Origin: Cytophagales bacterium
GTDB taxonomy: Bacteria; Bacteroidota; Bacteroidia; Cytophagales; UBA9547
Length of the DNA: 58,842 nucleotides
NCBI GenBank assembly: GCA_043769845.1
Contig: JAYVIX010000360.1
Location: forward strand, 1-58,842
Reading direction: 5' to 3'
Shown here piece after piece: positions 1 to 9,964 of the stretch. Under the pieces are notes generated by a model. It saw only the letters and a program-made list of their open reading frames with translations. It was not told the origin of the DNA and did not search any database. Positions within the stretch are counted from its first letter, which is position 1; each line of letters starts with the position of its first letter. A program made the translations under genes and the position numbers.

Positions 1-654
1 TCAAAAGCCAATGAATACGGAATCAAAATCGGCTTCGATTTAGCTCATGCTATCGGGAATATTCCGATTCAGTTGCACGACTGGCAAATTGATTTTGCAG
101 TGTGGTGTTCCTACAAATACCTCAATTCTGGCCCAGGTTCCGTTGGTGGGTATTTCGTTCACGAAAAGAATTTTCCTTCCCAAAACCTAATACCTAATAC
201 CCAACACCCAAAAATACTAGGAGGCTGGTGGGGTCACAAAGAAAAAACACGTTTTCAAACGGAACAGAAATTTGACCCAACCGAAAGTGCTGATGCTTGG
301 CAACACAGTAATGCCAACGTTTTGAGTTTGGCTGCAATGCGAGCTTCGTTAGCTATTTTTCTCACTGCCAATATTCATACGCTTCACTCCCAAAGCCTAG
401 TTCAAACACAAAAGGTATTTGACATGCTTTCTTCGAACCCGAAAATTCAACTCCTCACTCCTCCTGAATCGAGGGGAAACATGATTTCAGTCATGTTAAA
501 AAATAATGAAATAAATTTCATTCAAAAGCTAAAAGAAAACAACATACTTGCCGACTGGCGTGGACCAGCAATATTGCGGTTTTCATTCTGTCCATTGTAC
601 AACAACCCGAGTGAATGGGAGCATTTTCTGGTTTTATTGAACGAATTGGTCTGA
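1..654 (+). CDS. kynU: kynureninase, C-terminal part (5' end lies outside the window)
   Basis: Frame 1 is open from nt 1. GFDLAHAIGN..DFAVWCSYKYLNSGPG..GGWWGH is the conserved kynureninase (PLP-dependent) pattern. Confidence 0.85.
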   Translation, partial: SKANEYGIKIGFDLAHAIGNIPIQLHDWQIDFAVWCSYKYLNSGPGSVGGYFVHEKNFPSQNLIPNTQHPKILGGWWGHKEKTRFQTEQKFDPTESADAWQHSNANVLSLAAMRASLAIFLTANIHTLHSQSLVQTQKVFDMLSSNPKIQLLTPPESRGNMISVMLKNNEINFIQKLKENNILADWRGPAILRFSFCPLYNNPSEWEHFLVLLNELV

Positions 655-685
655 AAAATCCCTTTCTTTGCTCCACATTTTTGCT

Positions 686-1279
686 ATGAAATACCTAAAA
701 TTCTATCTGATAAGTCTTATCATCATTGTGATAGACCAAATTGTAAAACTTTTGGTCTACAAATACATGCAAATGGGAGTAATGGGCGAGATTCATTTGG
801 TGGGTGATCTCTTTAAACTCCATTATACACTAAACCCAGGAATGGCTTTTGGGGTAGAATTGGGCTCAAATTATGGCAAAATAATTCTGACAACTTTCCG
901 ATTGATCGCAATTGGCGCAATTGGATGGTATTTACATCAGCAAATTAATCTCAACGGACACGTTGGTTTTCTCGTTTGTATGGCACTTATCCTTGGTGGG
1001 GCAATTGGAAATGTGATTGATAGCCTTTTTTATGGCGTCTTTTTGAATAATGCCCCCTATTATGCTCCCACACCTTGGTTCAATGGCCAAGTGATCGACA
1101 TGTTTTATCTGGATCTTTGGGAAGGGTATTTGCCCAATTGGCTCCCATTAATAGGTGGTGAATATTATGCGCTGTGGCCGATATTCAATGTGGCCGATTC
1201 CAGTATTTTTATGGGAGTGATGTTTATTCTCATTTTTCAGAAGAAGTTTATGCTGAATCAAATGACTGTAGGTAAGTGA
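686..1279 (+). CDS. lspA: lipoprotein signal peptidase (signal peptidase II)
   Basis: Four hydrophobic segments plus NPGMAFG and FNVADSSI motifs typical of LspA. The ATG at 686 is preferred over the TTG at 668 in the ORF track. Confidence 0.85.
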   Translation: MKYLKFYLISLIIIVIDQIVKLLVYKYMQMGVMGEIHLVGDLFKLHYTLNPGMAFGVELGSNYGKIILTTFRLIAIGAIGWYLHQQINLNGHVGFLVCMALILGGAIGNVIDSLFYGVFLNNAPYYAPTPWFNGQVIDMFYLDLWEGYLPNWLPLIGGEYYALWPIFNVADSSIFMGVMFILIFQKKFMLNQMTVGK

Positions 1280-1657
1280 TACTGTTTCGGTGAATATGGG
1301 ATTCTTAAATCGAGTGATTGAATTTTCAGTAATAAAAACAGATACTTCGCTAGACAAATATTCTGGTACAATTTTGTTTCCCAAAAAGCACGAAAAGGCT
1401 GTCGAATTTGTCGAGAAACTGAGAAAATCGTTCAGTAAATAATCTCCAAAATAACAACTAGCGATGCAGATGACGCATAGAGAGATTGCAATGAAGATGG
1501 TAGCAGATAAAGCTACGATCAACGAGCATTTGTCTAAAGGAGGCAAATTGTCCGATTTAAAAAACATACAAGTTGCCTCTCGTCTATCCAATCCAAAGAA
1601 ATCAGGATAAAAGGAAAGCGTCTTTTATTTTCTCCGAAGGACGAAAAATGATTTTCC

Positions 1658-2833
1658 ATGAAAACGTCTGACCCAAAAATATCCAGCATTCGCCTTTCGG
1701 CACTTACCGAGGAAATTCAAGATTGTATTTCCGCTTCGTTCAATAGTCGCACGTTTTGGATTACGGCCGAAATAGCCGATGTCAAAAAGAAAGCGGATAA
1801 AAAATGGTGTTACCTGAAATTTATCGAAAAAGAAGGCCGAAACATTGTGACGGAAATAAATGCCGTTTTTTGGTCGCAAGGCTACGTTTTTATTGAAAAT
1901 TTTGAAAAAGCAACCCAGCAAACTTTCAAAGACGGAATCGAAATCACGTGCCGAGTAAAAGTGAGCTTTCATGAAAAGTACGGGCTCAAACTGGAAGTGC
2001 TCGAAATTGATTTTGCCTACACACTAGGTCAGTTGGAGCTCGAAAGACAGCAAACTTTGGAAAAATTGTTGTCCGAAAATCCAAAACACGTTCGATTAAT
2101 TGATGAATTGTATTTCACATACAATAATCAACTCGCCTTACCTTCTGTTCTGCAAAAAATCGCTTTAATAACTGCGCCAGATTCGGACGGACAAAGGGAT
2201 TTCAAGCAAGAATTGGAGAAAAATAAATACGGCTATTCGTTCCAAATAAAAGAACATCTCACTCAGATTCAGGGCGATAAAGCCGCAGTTCTTATATTGA
2301 ACGAACTCCGAAAAATAGAACAGAACTTGGGCGAATACGATGTCGTGGCAATCGTGCGTGGCGGTGGTTCGCAAACCGATCTCAAACCTTTTGACGACTA
2401 TGAACTGGCTCGATGTGTCGCAGCCTTTCCCATTCCGATTCTCACAGGAATCGGTCACGACCGCAATACAAGTATTGTAGACCTGATGGCACGCCAACTG
2501 AAAACGCCCACCAAAGTCGCCAACGTGATAGTAGAACGTAATTTTGATTTCGAAAACAGGATTTTACTTTTGAAAGAGCGGCTCGAAAACCAAGTCGAAC
2601 AGCTTTTTAAGAATGCGAAAAACGATTTGAAAGAAATCAGAAGAATCATCAATGCGTCCAATCCGACTACGATTCTGAAAAAAGGTTTTGCCATCGTGAA
2701 ACGTGGAGACGCCATACTGACCAACGCTGGTTCGGTCAAAGAAAAAGAAGAAATACAAGTCGTTTTTGAAAAAGAAACGCTGCAAACTACCGTCACCAAA
2801 AAGACAAAAAATGGAAAAAGAACCGAGCTATAA
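1658..2833 (+). CDS. xseA: exodeoxyribonuclease VII large subunit
   Basis: 391-aa ORF with an N-terminal OB-fold-like region, the VRGGGS..D motif and GIGHDRN. It is followed by an overlapping small xseB-like ORF. Confidence 0.85.
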   Translation: MKTSDPKISSIRLSALTEEIQDCISASFNSRTFWITAEIADVKKKADKKWCYLKFIEKEGRNIVTEINAVFWSQGYVFIENFEKATQQTFKDGIEITCRVKVSFHEKYGLKLEVLEIDFAYTLGQLELERQQTLEKLLSENPKHVRLIDELYFTYNNQLALPSVLQKIALITAPDSDGQRDFKQELEKNKYGYSFQIKEHLTQIQGDKAAVLILNELRKIEQNLGEYDVVAIVRGGGSQTDLKPFDDYELARCVAAFPIPILTGIGHDRNTSIVDLMARQLKTPTKVANVIVERNFDFENRILLLKERLENQVEQLFKNAKNDLKEIRRIINASNPTTILKKGFAIVKRGDAILTNAGSVKEKEEIQVVFEKETLQTTVTKKTKNGKRTEL

Positions 2834-2999
2834 CGAAGCCTTTTTTGCGCTTCAGAATATTGTAGAAGAAATCGAAGACGATACCATCATGCTCGATACG
2901 CTCAACGAAAAAGTAAGAGAGGCAAATGAGTTAATCGTTTATTGCGAAAACAAACTGCGTGGTTTGGAAGGTGAAGTCAAAAAAACGATGGGTATTTAA
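2811..2999 (+). CDS. xseB: exodeoxyribonuclease VII small subunit
   Basis: 62-aa coiled-coil protein (SYNEAFFALQNIVEEIE...) overlapping the xseA end by 23 nt. The internal ATG at 2811 was chosen over the 2766 start. Confidence 0.75.
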   Translation: MEKEPSYNEAFFALQNIVEEIEDDTIMLDTLNEKVREANELIVYCENKLRGLEGEVKKTMGI

Positions 3000-3388
3000 A
3001 GAAAAACCGAATCGAGGGCTTCGTAGGTTAACGGTTTCACAATATAACCCGAAAGCCAGGTGAATTTTTTTAATTTTTCGACTTCCACAGTATTGTAGGC
3101 CGAGGATAGAAGAATGATTTTGGTGGCTTTTTTGTTGACAGTAGGCAGTTTATCGAATTCCTCGAGGAAATCGAAGCCAGTCATATAAGGCATATAGATG
3201 TCCAAAAAAATAACATCTGGATGGTCTGTTGATTCTTCCAAATAGCCAAGTGCCAAGTTAGCATCCTCAAATATTTGAATTTTGTTCGTTCTTTCACTGA
3301 GTTCCAGAATTTTGGAATTGATAAAATTGTCCACTTTACTATCGTCAATGAGCATTACAGAACCAATGGCGGAAGTCGAAGTGTCCAT
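2996..3388 (-). CDS. single-domain response regulator (CheY-like receiver)
   Basis: MLIDDS acidic pocket, phospho-acceptor context VIFLDIYMP, and a conserved ..KP.. near the C-terminus. No output domain. Confidence 0.75.
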   Translation of the reverse strand: MDTSTSAIGSVMLIDDSKVDNFINSKILELSERTNKIQIFEDANLALGYLEESTDHPDVIFLDIYMPYMTGFDFLEEFDKLPTVNKKATKIILLSSAYNTVEVEKLKKFTWLSGYIVKPLTYEALDSVFL

Positions 3389-3535
3389 ATTCTTTAGATT
3401 TTCATACTAAATTAACATAAAATTGGATAAAAATCAGTTTTGACAATTTGTCCTGAAACTGGTTTAAAATCAGCCATCTGATTCAGAAAATTAAAAAGGA
3501 ATTGCCTAAATTTGCTGTTTATTTTCAAGAAATAA

Positions 3536-5065
3536 GTGGAAGAAAAAATCCTAATCCTCGACTTCGGTTCGCAATATACTCAGCTGATAGCAAGAAGAGT
3601 TCGTGAACTAAACACCTACTGCGAGATTCACCCATACAACAAAGGACTGGCTCATTTAGACGCTTCTGTAAAAGGAGTGATTCTGTCGGGAAGTCCATGT
3701 TCGGTACGTGATGCCGACTCGCCCGATGTCGATCTTTCGGCCATCCGTGGCAAATTGCCCATTCTTGGTGTTTGTTATGGAGCCCAATTATTGGCCAAAC
3801 AAAATGGTGGCGAGGTAAAGGCTTCGACTACGCGCGAATACGGTCGTGCAAGGCTAAACACCACTGATAATACCAATCTTTTGAAAGGAATAAGTGCCGA
3901 CAGCCAAGTGTGGATGTCGCATGGCGATACGATCATAAGTATTCCTGATTCGTTTCAGCTCATCGCAAGTACCGAAAGCGTGCGAGTGGCGGCTTATAAG
4001 TTGATAGGCGAGGAAACTTACGGAATTCAGTTTCATCCAGAAGTGACGCATAGCACCGAAGGTAAATTGATGATGAAAAATTTCGTGGTCGATATTTGTC
4101 GCTGCACCCGATCGTGGACTTCGGCCGCTTTCGTAGGCGAAACGGTGGAAAGTCTCAAAAAGACTTTAGGAAATGATAAAGTCGTAATGGGTTTATCTGG
4201 CGGAGTGGATTCGACAGTGGCCGCTATGTTAATTCATAAGGCAATAGGGGCAAATTTGTATTGCATTTTTGTAGACAATGGTCTTTTGCGTCACAACGAA
4301 TTTGAGCAAGTGCTGGACAGTTACAAGCATATGGGCTTGAACGTTAAAGGCGTAGATGCAAAAGACAAATTTTACGCTGCGCTGAAAGACAAGACCGATC
4401 CGGAAGACAAACGCAAAGCCATCGGTAAGACTTTTATTGATGTTTTTGATCAAGAGTCACATCTTTTGACAGATGTAAAATGGCTTGGACAAGGAACGAT
4501 TTATCCTGACGTAATTGAGTCGGTTTCGGTGAATGGCCCTTCTGTGACTATAAAGTCGCATCACAATGTGGGCGGATTGCCAGATTATATGAAACTCAAA
4601 ATCATTGAACCACTTCGTAGTTTGTTTAAAGACGAGGTACGTTTGGTAGGAAAAGAGATGGGAATCGACCCAACTATTCTTGGTCGCCATCCATATCCAG
4701 GTCCAGGATTAGGAATTCGTATTTTGGGTGATATTACAGCACAAAAAGTAGAAGTACTTCAGAAAGTAGATCATATCTTCATCTCTTCGTTGAAAGAACA
4801 TGGCCTTTACGACAAAGTATGGCAAGCTGGAGCTATCTTGCTTCCCGTACAATCAGTTGGAGTAATGGGAGATGAGCGTACTTACGAAAATGCAGTTGCG
4901 CTGCGAGCAGTAACCAGTGTAGACGGAATGACGGCCGATTGGGCACATTTGCCATATGAGTTCCTTGCCAAAGTATCCAACGACATCATCAACAAAGTAA
5001 AAGGCGTGAACCGAGTGGTGTACGACATCAGCTCGAAACCTCCTGCAACTATTGAGTGGGAATAA
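3536..5065 (+). CDS. guaA: glutamine-hydrolysing GMP synthase
   Basis: GATase catalytic GVCYGAQL and HPEV, ATP-PPase P-loop GLSGGVDS, and the C-terminal dimerisation tail ..[12 protein letters not shown] start. Confidence 0.95.
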   Translation: MEEKILILDFGSQYTQLIARRVRELNTYCEIHPYNKGLAHLDASVKGVILSGSPCSVRDADSPDVDLSAIRGKLPILGVCYGAQLLAKQNGGEVKASTTREYGRARLNTTDNTNLLKGISADSQVWMSHGDTIISIPDSFQLIASTESVRVAAYKLIGEETYGIQFHPEVTHSTEGKLMMKNFVVDICRCTRSWTSAAFVGETVESLKKTLGNDKVVMGLSGGVDSTVAAMLIHKAIGANLYCIFVDNGLLRHNEFEQVLDSYKHMGLNVKGVDAKDKFYAALKDKTDPEDKRKAIGKTFIDVFDQESHLLTDVKWLGQGTIYPDVIESVSVNGPSVTIKSHHNVGGLPDYMKLKIIEPLRSLFKDEVRLVGKEMGIDPTILGRHPYPGPGLGIRILGDITAQKVEVLQKVDHIFISSLKEHGLYDKVWQAGAILLPVQSVGVMGDERTYENAVALRAVTSVDGMTADWAHLPYEFLAKVSNDIINKVKGVNRVVYDISSKPPATIEWE

Positions 5066-5083
5066 TTGATCTTCTATTTTTTT

Positions 5084-5128
5084 AAACACAAAAGAGCTGT
5101 ACTTAATAGGTACAGCTCTTTTGTGTTT
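5084..5128. terminator. bidirectional rho-independent terminator hairpin between guaA and the R-M operon
   Basis: Perfect 19-bp stem: aaacacaaaagagctgtac (5084-5102) / gtacagctcttttgtgttt (5110-5128), with a 7-nt loop and flanking T/A runs. Confidence 0.7.
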
Positions 5129-6836
5129 TAAGAGATAGAAGGTCAGAGTTAAGTAATTTTCTTGTCAATTTATTTTTAAAAATAATATCTTGAATTGTAG
5201 AATCTGAATTGTGTACGGCAATTATAATCCTTCCATCATTAGTGTAAAAACATTTTCCATTTAACAACTTAAAGTGAGCATTAACTAGTTCACTTGCTTC
5301 TGTTTCTCTAATAGAAGTCTCATAAATAGTAAATCCAGATTTAGACGGGTCGTTAAAGAACTTAATAAACTCATATCTGAATTTGGTTTTCACAGTTGTT
5401 CTAAATTCGATCGTTTTGGATTCATTGAAATTAGAATAGGATTTCAAAACATACAGGAAATTGATCTTGTATTGATGTACAAAAAGAGTGTCTCTGTCAA
5501 ATAATCGGTCTTTAAAATGATATGATTGAACAGGTACTGCTGCTTTAATTGACAAATTGGGTTCGTCAAAATTATTAATATCTTCAATGTAGCCATAGAT
5601 GAAAAAATTTGGTGTGAGATTATAGCCTTCTGTTATTTCATCTCTATATCTAATATTTTCTTTGTAAACTTTCCCTTCGTTAAGTAAGTCTATATTGAAT
5701 TGGATAACGTTCTTAGCGTATGTAAACTGCTTGTATTTAGATAGTTTTCCTGCCTCTGAATTGGATTTATAGTATTTTGAATCTCCGATATAGAAAATAT
5801 CCGAAGTATCAAGAAGTGAAGTGTCTTTGTAAATGTGATCTATAATTTTTCCATCATTGTTATATTTCAGATCATCCAGTGAAATACTTTCATGATTTAC
5901 ATCTCGTTTTTCACTCAAGTTGTCTGAAAATAATTTATCCACCATGTCTTCGAACACCATGTTGTAATTCTTAACAGAGATAAATTCCTCTTTTTTCCTT
6001 TTGATACTGCTTTGGTCAGTTTGTTGAAAATAAATTTCACAAAGGCAATACATTCTCTTTAGTGTATCAGAAAAATAACGGTGTTTTATTTTTCGAAGCT
6101 TTGATAATCCTGTCTTTTGAAGGTTTTCAAACGCACTTCCTTTAAGTAAAGTATAAATGGGTTCAATTTTTAGATTCAAACTGTGTTCTTTGTCAAAATG
6201 CTTTAATATTGAAAAGAAATAGATGAGTAGCTCTTCTTCGTTGCTGGCAATTTTCTTTTTGTTTCTAACTTCTAAATAAATGGGAGCATTATATGCGTCC
6301 ATTATTGGTGTTGTTTTACGAATTGTCTTTTCCCATTTTGGATTTTTTAGTTGGCTCGATTTGAATTCGATATGTTGATATAAAATATGAGTTTTGTGTT
6401 TTTTATAAAAATTCACAAAACTCAATAGTAAATCCAAATACGTGTATTGATGAGAGTCTAAATTGGTGTTTAACTCAAAACTTTGGCTTGTTTCAATAAT
6501 TGTATTGTCGGAATATCTGCGTTTATATTCTTTAAGGCTATTGTAGAAGTAAATTAGCAGCTGACGAATCCATCTGAATTCTTCCTTGTGTTTGAAGGAT
6601 TCATTAGTTTCTAAGTCGTAAAGAGTAGTTTTTGAAATGCCAAAAATCGTTTCTTCCTCTTCTTTCATGAAGACTTTAGGCAACATGTATACCAATTCTT
6701 TCTTTTCGTAAGAATGGTAATAGCCTACAGAGTTTATTATTCCGAAAACTCCTTTTTGTATATAGAACTTTGGATCATCAAGAATGCTATCAAGAAGAGA
6801 AATTGGATATTTTTCACCTTCAATTAGGATTCTCAT
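5103..6836 (-). CDS. LlaJI/McrC-like restriction endonuclease subunit (PD-(D/E)xK)
   Basis: 577 aa. The start overlaps the stop of the McrB-like gene (ATGA). IGDSKYYK...KQFTYAKN resembles the McrC/LlaJI nuclease core. Very A+T-rich. Confidence 0.7.
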   Translation of the reverse strand: MRILIEGEKYPISLLDSILDDPKFYIQKGVFGIINSVGYYHSYEKKELVYMLPKVFMKEEEETIFGISKTTLYDLETNESFKHKEEFRWIRQLLIYFYNSLKEYKRRYSDNTIIETSQSFELNTNLDSHQYTYLDLLLSFVNFYKKHKTHILYQHIEFKSSQLKNPKWEKTIRKTTPIMDAYNAPIYLEVRNKKKIASNEEELLIYFFSILKHFDKEHSLNLKIEPIYTLLKGSAFENLQKTGLSKLRKIKHRYFSDTLKRMYCLCEIYFQQTDQSSIKRKKEEFISVKNYNMVFEDMVDKLFSDNLSEKRDVNHESISLDDLKYNNDGKIIDHIYKDTSLLDTSDIFYIGDSKYYKSNSEAGKLSKYKQFTYAKNVIQFNIDLLNEGKVYKENIRYRDEITEGYNLTPNFFIYGYIEDINNFDEPNLSIKAAVPVQSYHFKDRLFDRDTLFVHQYKINFLYVLKSYSNFNESKTIEFRTTVKTKFRYEFIKFFNDPSKSGFTIYETSIRETEASELVNAHFKLLNGKCFYTNDGRIIIAVHNSDSTIQDIIFKNKLTRKLLNSDLLSLKTQKSCTY

Positions 6837-8329
6837 TCTACATCAGATTTACTATCTGAAACTGTGATTTTTAGCTCATCAAGTATTTTTTTGACTTCCG
6901 CTTTCCCTTTTGTTTCTATAGGAAAAAAGTCTTCGTAATGAACACCTCTTGCGAAAATAGAATCTTCCTCATCCTTGAAAACATCGTTCCAAAGATAAAA
7001 AATGGCTTTATTGATAAATTCTTTGAGTGAAATTTCATCTGCATCGGGTTTGATAAAGTAGTTACCAATGCATTTATCCATCCCAAGATTCACATTATTT
7101 CTTATTTTGACATTGACTTCAATTATAAAATCTAACCAATTGAACGATGTATTCTCGTCAATTTTTACAACGTATTTTGAAGAGGCATTTTGGGTACTCT
7201 TGGTATCGTCAATTGGGATATATTCCCAATCCCATCTTCTTTTAAAGGCACTATCCATCGGGAATAGTGATTGGTCGGAAGTGTTCATTGTAGCCAATAA
7301 AGCTAGATTAGGAGGAAGTTTTAATCCTGATCTTATTCCATTGTGATCTTTGCCAAGTACTTCTTCTAAATATGTTTTTAATTCTTTGGAAGGTGTGATA
7401 TCGTAATCACTTTTTCGATCCAATAATTGAAAAATATCACCAAAAATTTCGGCACAATTCCCTCTGTTTATTTCTTCAATGGCCAAATAGTATTGGTTTT
7501 CAGGGTCTTGCCAAGCTTGCACATAAATATTGGTAAATACTTGAGGCACAAATTTATACTTGATTGAATCGCCTTCTGAAATAGGTTTGTATCCACCTAC
7601 AAAAGAATGATGGTCATATTCTGGATGAAAGGTGATTCTTTCGTAGTTTTCCCTTTCAATCATTTTTAGTTTTTCATTGACTTTGTATGATTTGCCAGTT
7701 CCCGGAGAACCATAGTAAATGGTGTTTGTTGAATCAATCGAAACAGGGATTGTTGATGTTAACTGTAAATAATCGTAATTAAGTATTTCTATTAATTCAG
7801 AATTATCAGTTAATAAATTCGCTAAATTATTAATATATGAATGAGACTCTTGAAGTACACCTGCTGTTTTCAAAATAGCTGAATTCTCGAAATCATTTCT
7901 GTCTATTTGTTTGCTTCCAAACCACCAATCATAATTACTTAAGAATTTTTTAAAATAAGTAGCTTCTGTGTTATTACTAAAATGGATGTCTATAATTCTT
8001 TCGGTTTCTGAGTCAATTGGATTATTTTTAAATTCTCCACATTTGGCTTTTAAATTGAGCTCAATTACTTTGTTTTTGTATTCTCTAAGAGCAAGAATAA
8101 ATTCCTTATAAAAAGATGCAATAACAAACCATTGATTAGGAAATGTTACATATTTTTCATTAGAAGTTAGAGCTACTGATGTATAATTGTAAAATACAAT
8201 ATTGTCAAAATCAGGGAGTAATTCTTTGAAGCGTTTTTTGAAGTTAGAGGAAAGTATAAATTCTTTTTTGTTGAATTCGGTACTTTTACGCTTTGCCTCT
8301 TCTCCTAGCTGGTTTAAATCTTGTAACAT
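6833..8329 (-). CDS. McrB-like AAA+ (GTPase) restriction subunit with an unassigned N-terminal domain
   Basis: Walker A GSPGTGKSY, McrB-type IEEINRGN..IFGD, ATMNTSDQS and FKRRW motifs in the C-terminal ~300 aa. No motif recognised in the N-terminal ~200 aa. Confidence 0.8.
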   Translation of the reverse strand: MLQDLNQLGEEAKRKSTEFNKKEFILSSNFKKRFKELLPDFDNIVFYNYTSVALTSNEKYVTFPNQWFVIASFYKEFILALREYKNKVIELNLKAKCGEFKNNPIDSETERIIDIHFSNNTEATYFKKFLSNYDWWFGSKQIDRNDFENSAILKTAGVLQESHSYINNLANLLTDNSELIEILNYDYLQLTSTIPVSIDSTNTIYYGSPGTGKSYKVNEKLKMIERENYERITFHPEYDHHSFVGGYKPISEGDSIKYKFVPQVFTNIYVQAWQDPENQYYLAIEEINRGNCAEIFGDIFQLLDRKSDYDITPSKELKTYLEEVLGKDHNGIRSGLKLPPNLALLATMNTSDQSLFPMDSAFKRRWDWEYIPIDDTKSTQNASSKYVVKIDENTSFNWLDFIIEVNVKIRNNVNLGMDKCIGNYFIKPDADEISLKEFINKAIFYLWNDVFKDEEDSIFARGVHYEDFFPIETKGKAEVKKILDELKITVSDSKSDVE

Positions 8330-8334
8330 ATTTA

Positions 8335-9591
8335 TTATAGTAGTTGTTTTTTGATTTCATTAAAAACGGCTTGAATCACAGGCACCGAAACACTATTTCC
8401 AAATTGTTTGTACGCTTGTACGTCAGATACTGGAATGATAAAGTTCTTATCATAGCCTTGTAGATTTGCAGCTTCTCTAGGTGTTAGTTTTCTTGGATTT
8501 GCAGTTTCTTGTTCAATTAAAATTTCGCTCCCGTCTTTGTAATAGCGAGCAGAGATTGTACTTGTATATGGAGTCTCTTTATTCACAGATATAAATCCAA
8601 ACCCATTGCCTTTTTCTTTGTGTTCTTTACGCCTTCTCAAATGTCCAGCATAAAGTCTGTCCGAAATGGTGTATTTCGTTTCTGGATCAGAAATTAAGAT
8701 TGAACCTACTTTGGTTGGTTTTGCAGTATTCAAGTCTTCTTTATTATAAATTATTTGGTCGTTAGCATCTATTCCGTACGGAAATTCAAATGTTTTATTG
8801 AGTTCTTTTAACCATCCAACAATAAATATTCGTTCTCTATTTTGTGGAATTCCAAAGTGTTTGGAGTTTAATACTTCTGGAAGTGTATAATATCCTAACT
8901 CATCCAAAGCACTTAGGATTGTCTTTAAAGTATTGCCTTTATCGTGACTTTTTAAGCCTTTTACATTTTCTAAAAAAACAACTTTCACTGGCGTTCCTCT
9001 TTGTTTCCTTTTAAATAAAATATCGGCTACATCAAAAAACAAAGTCCCTCTAGTATCTTCAAATCCTTTTTTTAAACCAGCATTCGAAAAAGGTTGACAA
9101 GGAAAGCCTCCACATAAAACATCAAACTCATCTGGAATGTAACTTTTGGTGCTCTCTTTGGTAATGTCGCCAAATGGAACTTCGCCAAAATTGGCTCTAT
9201 ATGTAATCTGTGAATATTTGTCCCATTCACTTGTGAATACACATTTCCCTCCATGATTTTGTAATGCAAGCCTGAAGCCGCCAATTCCTGCAAAAAGATC
9301 TATAAACTTAAACGTATAATTTTTTGGAGTCGGGAAAGGAACATTTTCTACTTCGAATAGCAATTGTTGTATCGCAACATCAGAAGCGAGATGTAAATCT
9401 TCCATCTCGCTTTTGTATTCAACTATTTCTTTTAAATATAATTTAGCCTCTTTTTCATAATGTTTTTTTACGCCATTATGATAATTGTGCAAATAATGAG
9501 TGATAACAGCCTTTTTATTGTCATTTGGTTCAATAGTTCGAATTCTGAACTTTTTGCCGTCTAATTCTTCAATTGAGATCTGCTCTTTCAT
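8335..9591 (-). CDS. DNA (cytosine-5)-methyltransferase
   Basis: Motif I FAGIGGF, motif IV GGFPCQPFS, motif VI ENVKGL, motif VIII QNRERIF, motif X GNSVSVPV. Confidence 0.9.
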   Translation of the reverse strand: MKEQISIEELDGKKFRIRTIEPNDNKKAVITHYLHNYHNGVKKHYEKEAKLYLKEIVEYKSEMEDLHLASDVAIQQLLFEVENVPFPTPKNYTFKFIDLFAGIGGFRLALQNHGGKCVFTSEWDKYSQITYRANFGEVPFGDITKESTKSYIPDEFDVLCGGFPCQPFSNAGLKKGFEDTRGTLFFDVADILFKRKQRGTPVKVVFLENVKGLKSHDKGNTLKTILSALDELGYYTLPEVLNSKHFGIPQNRERIFIVGWLKELNKTFEFPYGIDANDQIIYNKEDLNTAKPTKVGSILISDPETKYTISDRLYAGHLRRRKEHKEKGNGFGFISVNKETPYTSTISARYYKDGSEILIEQETANPRKLTPREAANLQGYDKNFIIPVSDVQAYKQFGNSVSVPVIQAVFNEIKKQLL

Positions 9592-9814
9592 CTTTATTTT
9601 CGAATTTTAGCACATTAAAAAAAGTCGCAAAATCGACTTCCAAGACCGTAATTATTTTTTCAAGTAGTTTGACTGTTACATTCTTCTTGCCATTTTCTAT
9701 TTTTGTCATGTATGTCCTGTCCACCTCTGCAATATTTGCAAGGGTTTCTTGTGACAAGTTTTTTTCCTTCCGTAGTTCTCTAATTCGGTCGCCAATTCGG
9801 ACGTTGATATCCAT
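9569..9814 (-). CDS. XRE-family HTH protein, probable R-M controller (C) protein
   Basis: 81 aa. IRELRKEKNLSQETLANIAEVDRTYMTKIENG is a classic XRE helix-turn-helix. Its stop overlaps the downstream MTase start by 23 nt. Confidence 0.8.
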   Translation of the reverse strand: MDINVRIGDRIRELRKEKNLSQETLANIAEVDRTYMTKIENGKKNVTVKLLEKIITVLEVDFATFFNVLKFENKDERADLN

Positions 9815-9902
9815 TAATTTATAGAAATTGCATTCCTACAAAACTATCCCTATGTTGCTTTTTGAACAACGGCATATAAGGCACATGTTACTGTTTAGAT
9901 TT

Positions 9903-9945
9903 AAAAAAAAGACCTTCGATAACTAAATCGAAGGTCTTTTTTTAT
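9903..9945. terminator. rho-independent terminator between the distal MTase and the C-M-R-R operon
   Basis: Stem aaaaaaaagaccttcgat / atcgaaggtcttttttt with flanking A- and T-runs. Lies 20 nt downstream of the 9965 stop on the minus strand. Confidence 0.65.
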
Positions 9946-9964
9946 TATTGTTTAATTCAATTAT

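Noticed and set aside
1148-1591. 147-aa minus-strand ORF
   Set aside because: It overlaps the lspA 3' end by ~130 nt and has an atypical Cys/Phe/Ser-rich composition. The plus-strand small ORFs look more gene-like (see findings). Not fully excluded.
9573-9824. 83-aa plus-strand ORF
   Set aside because: A mirror image of the XRE HTH gene. The minus-strand product has a textbook helix-turn-helix, while the plus-strand one is a low-complexity Ser/Phe/Leu string.
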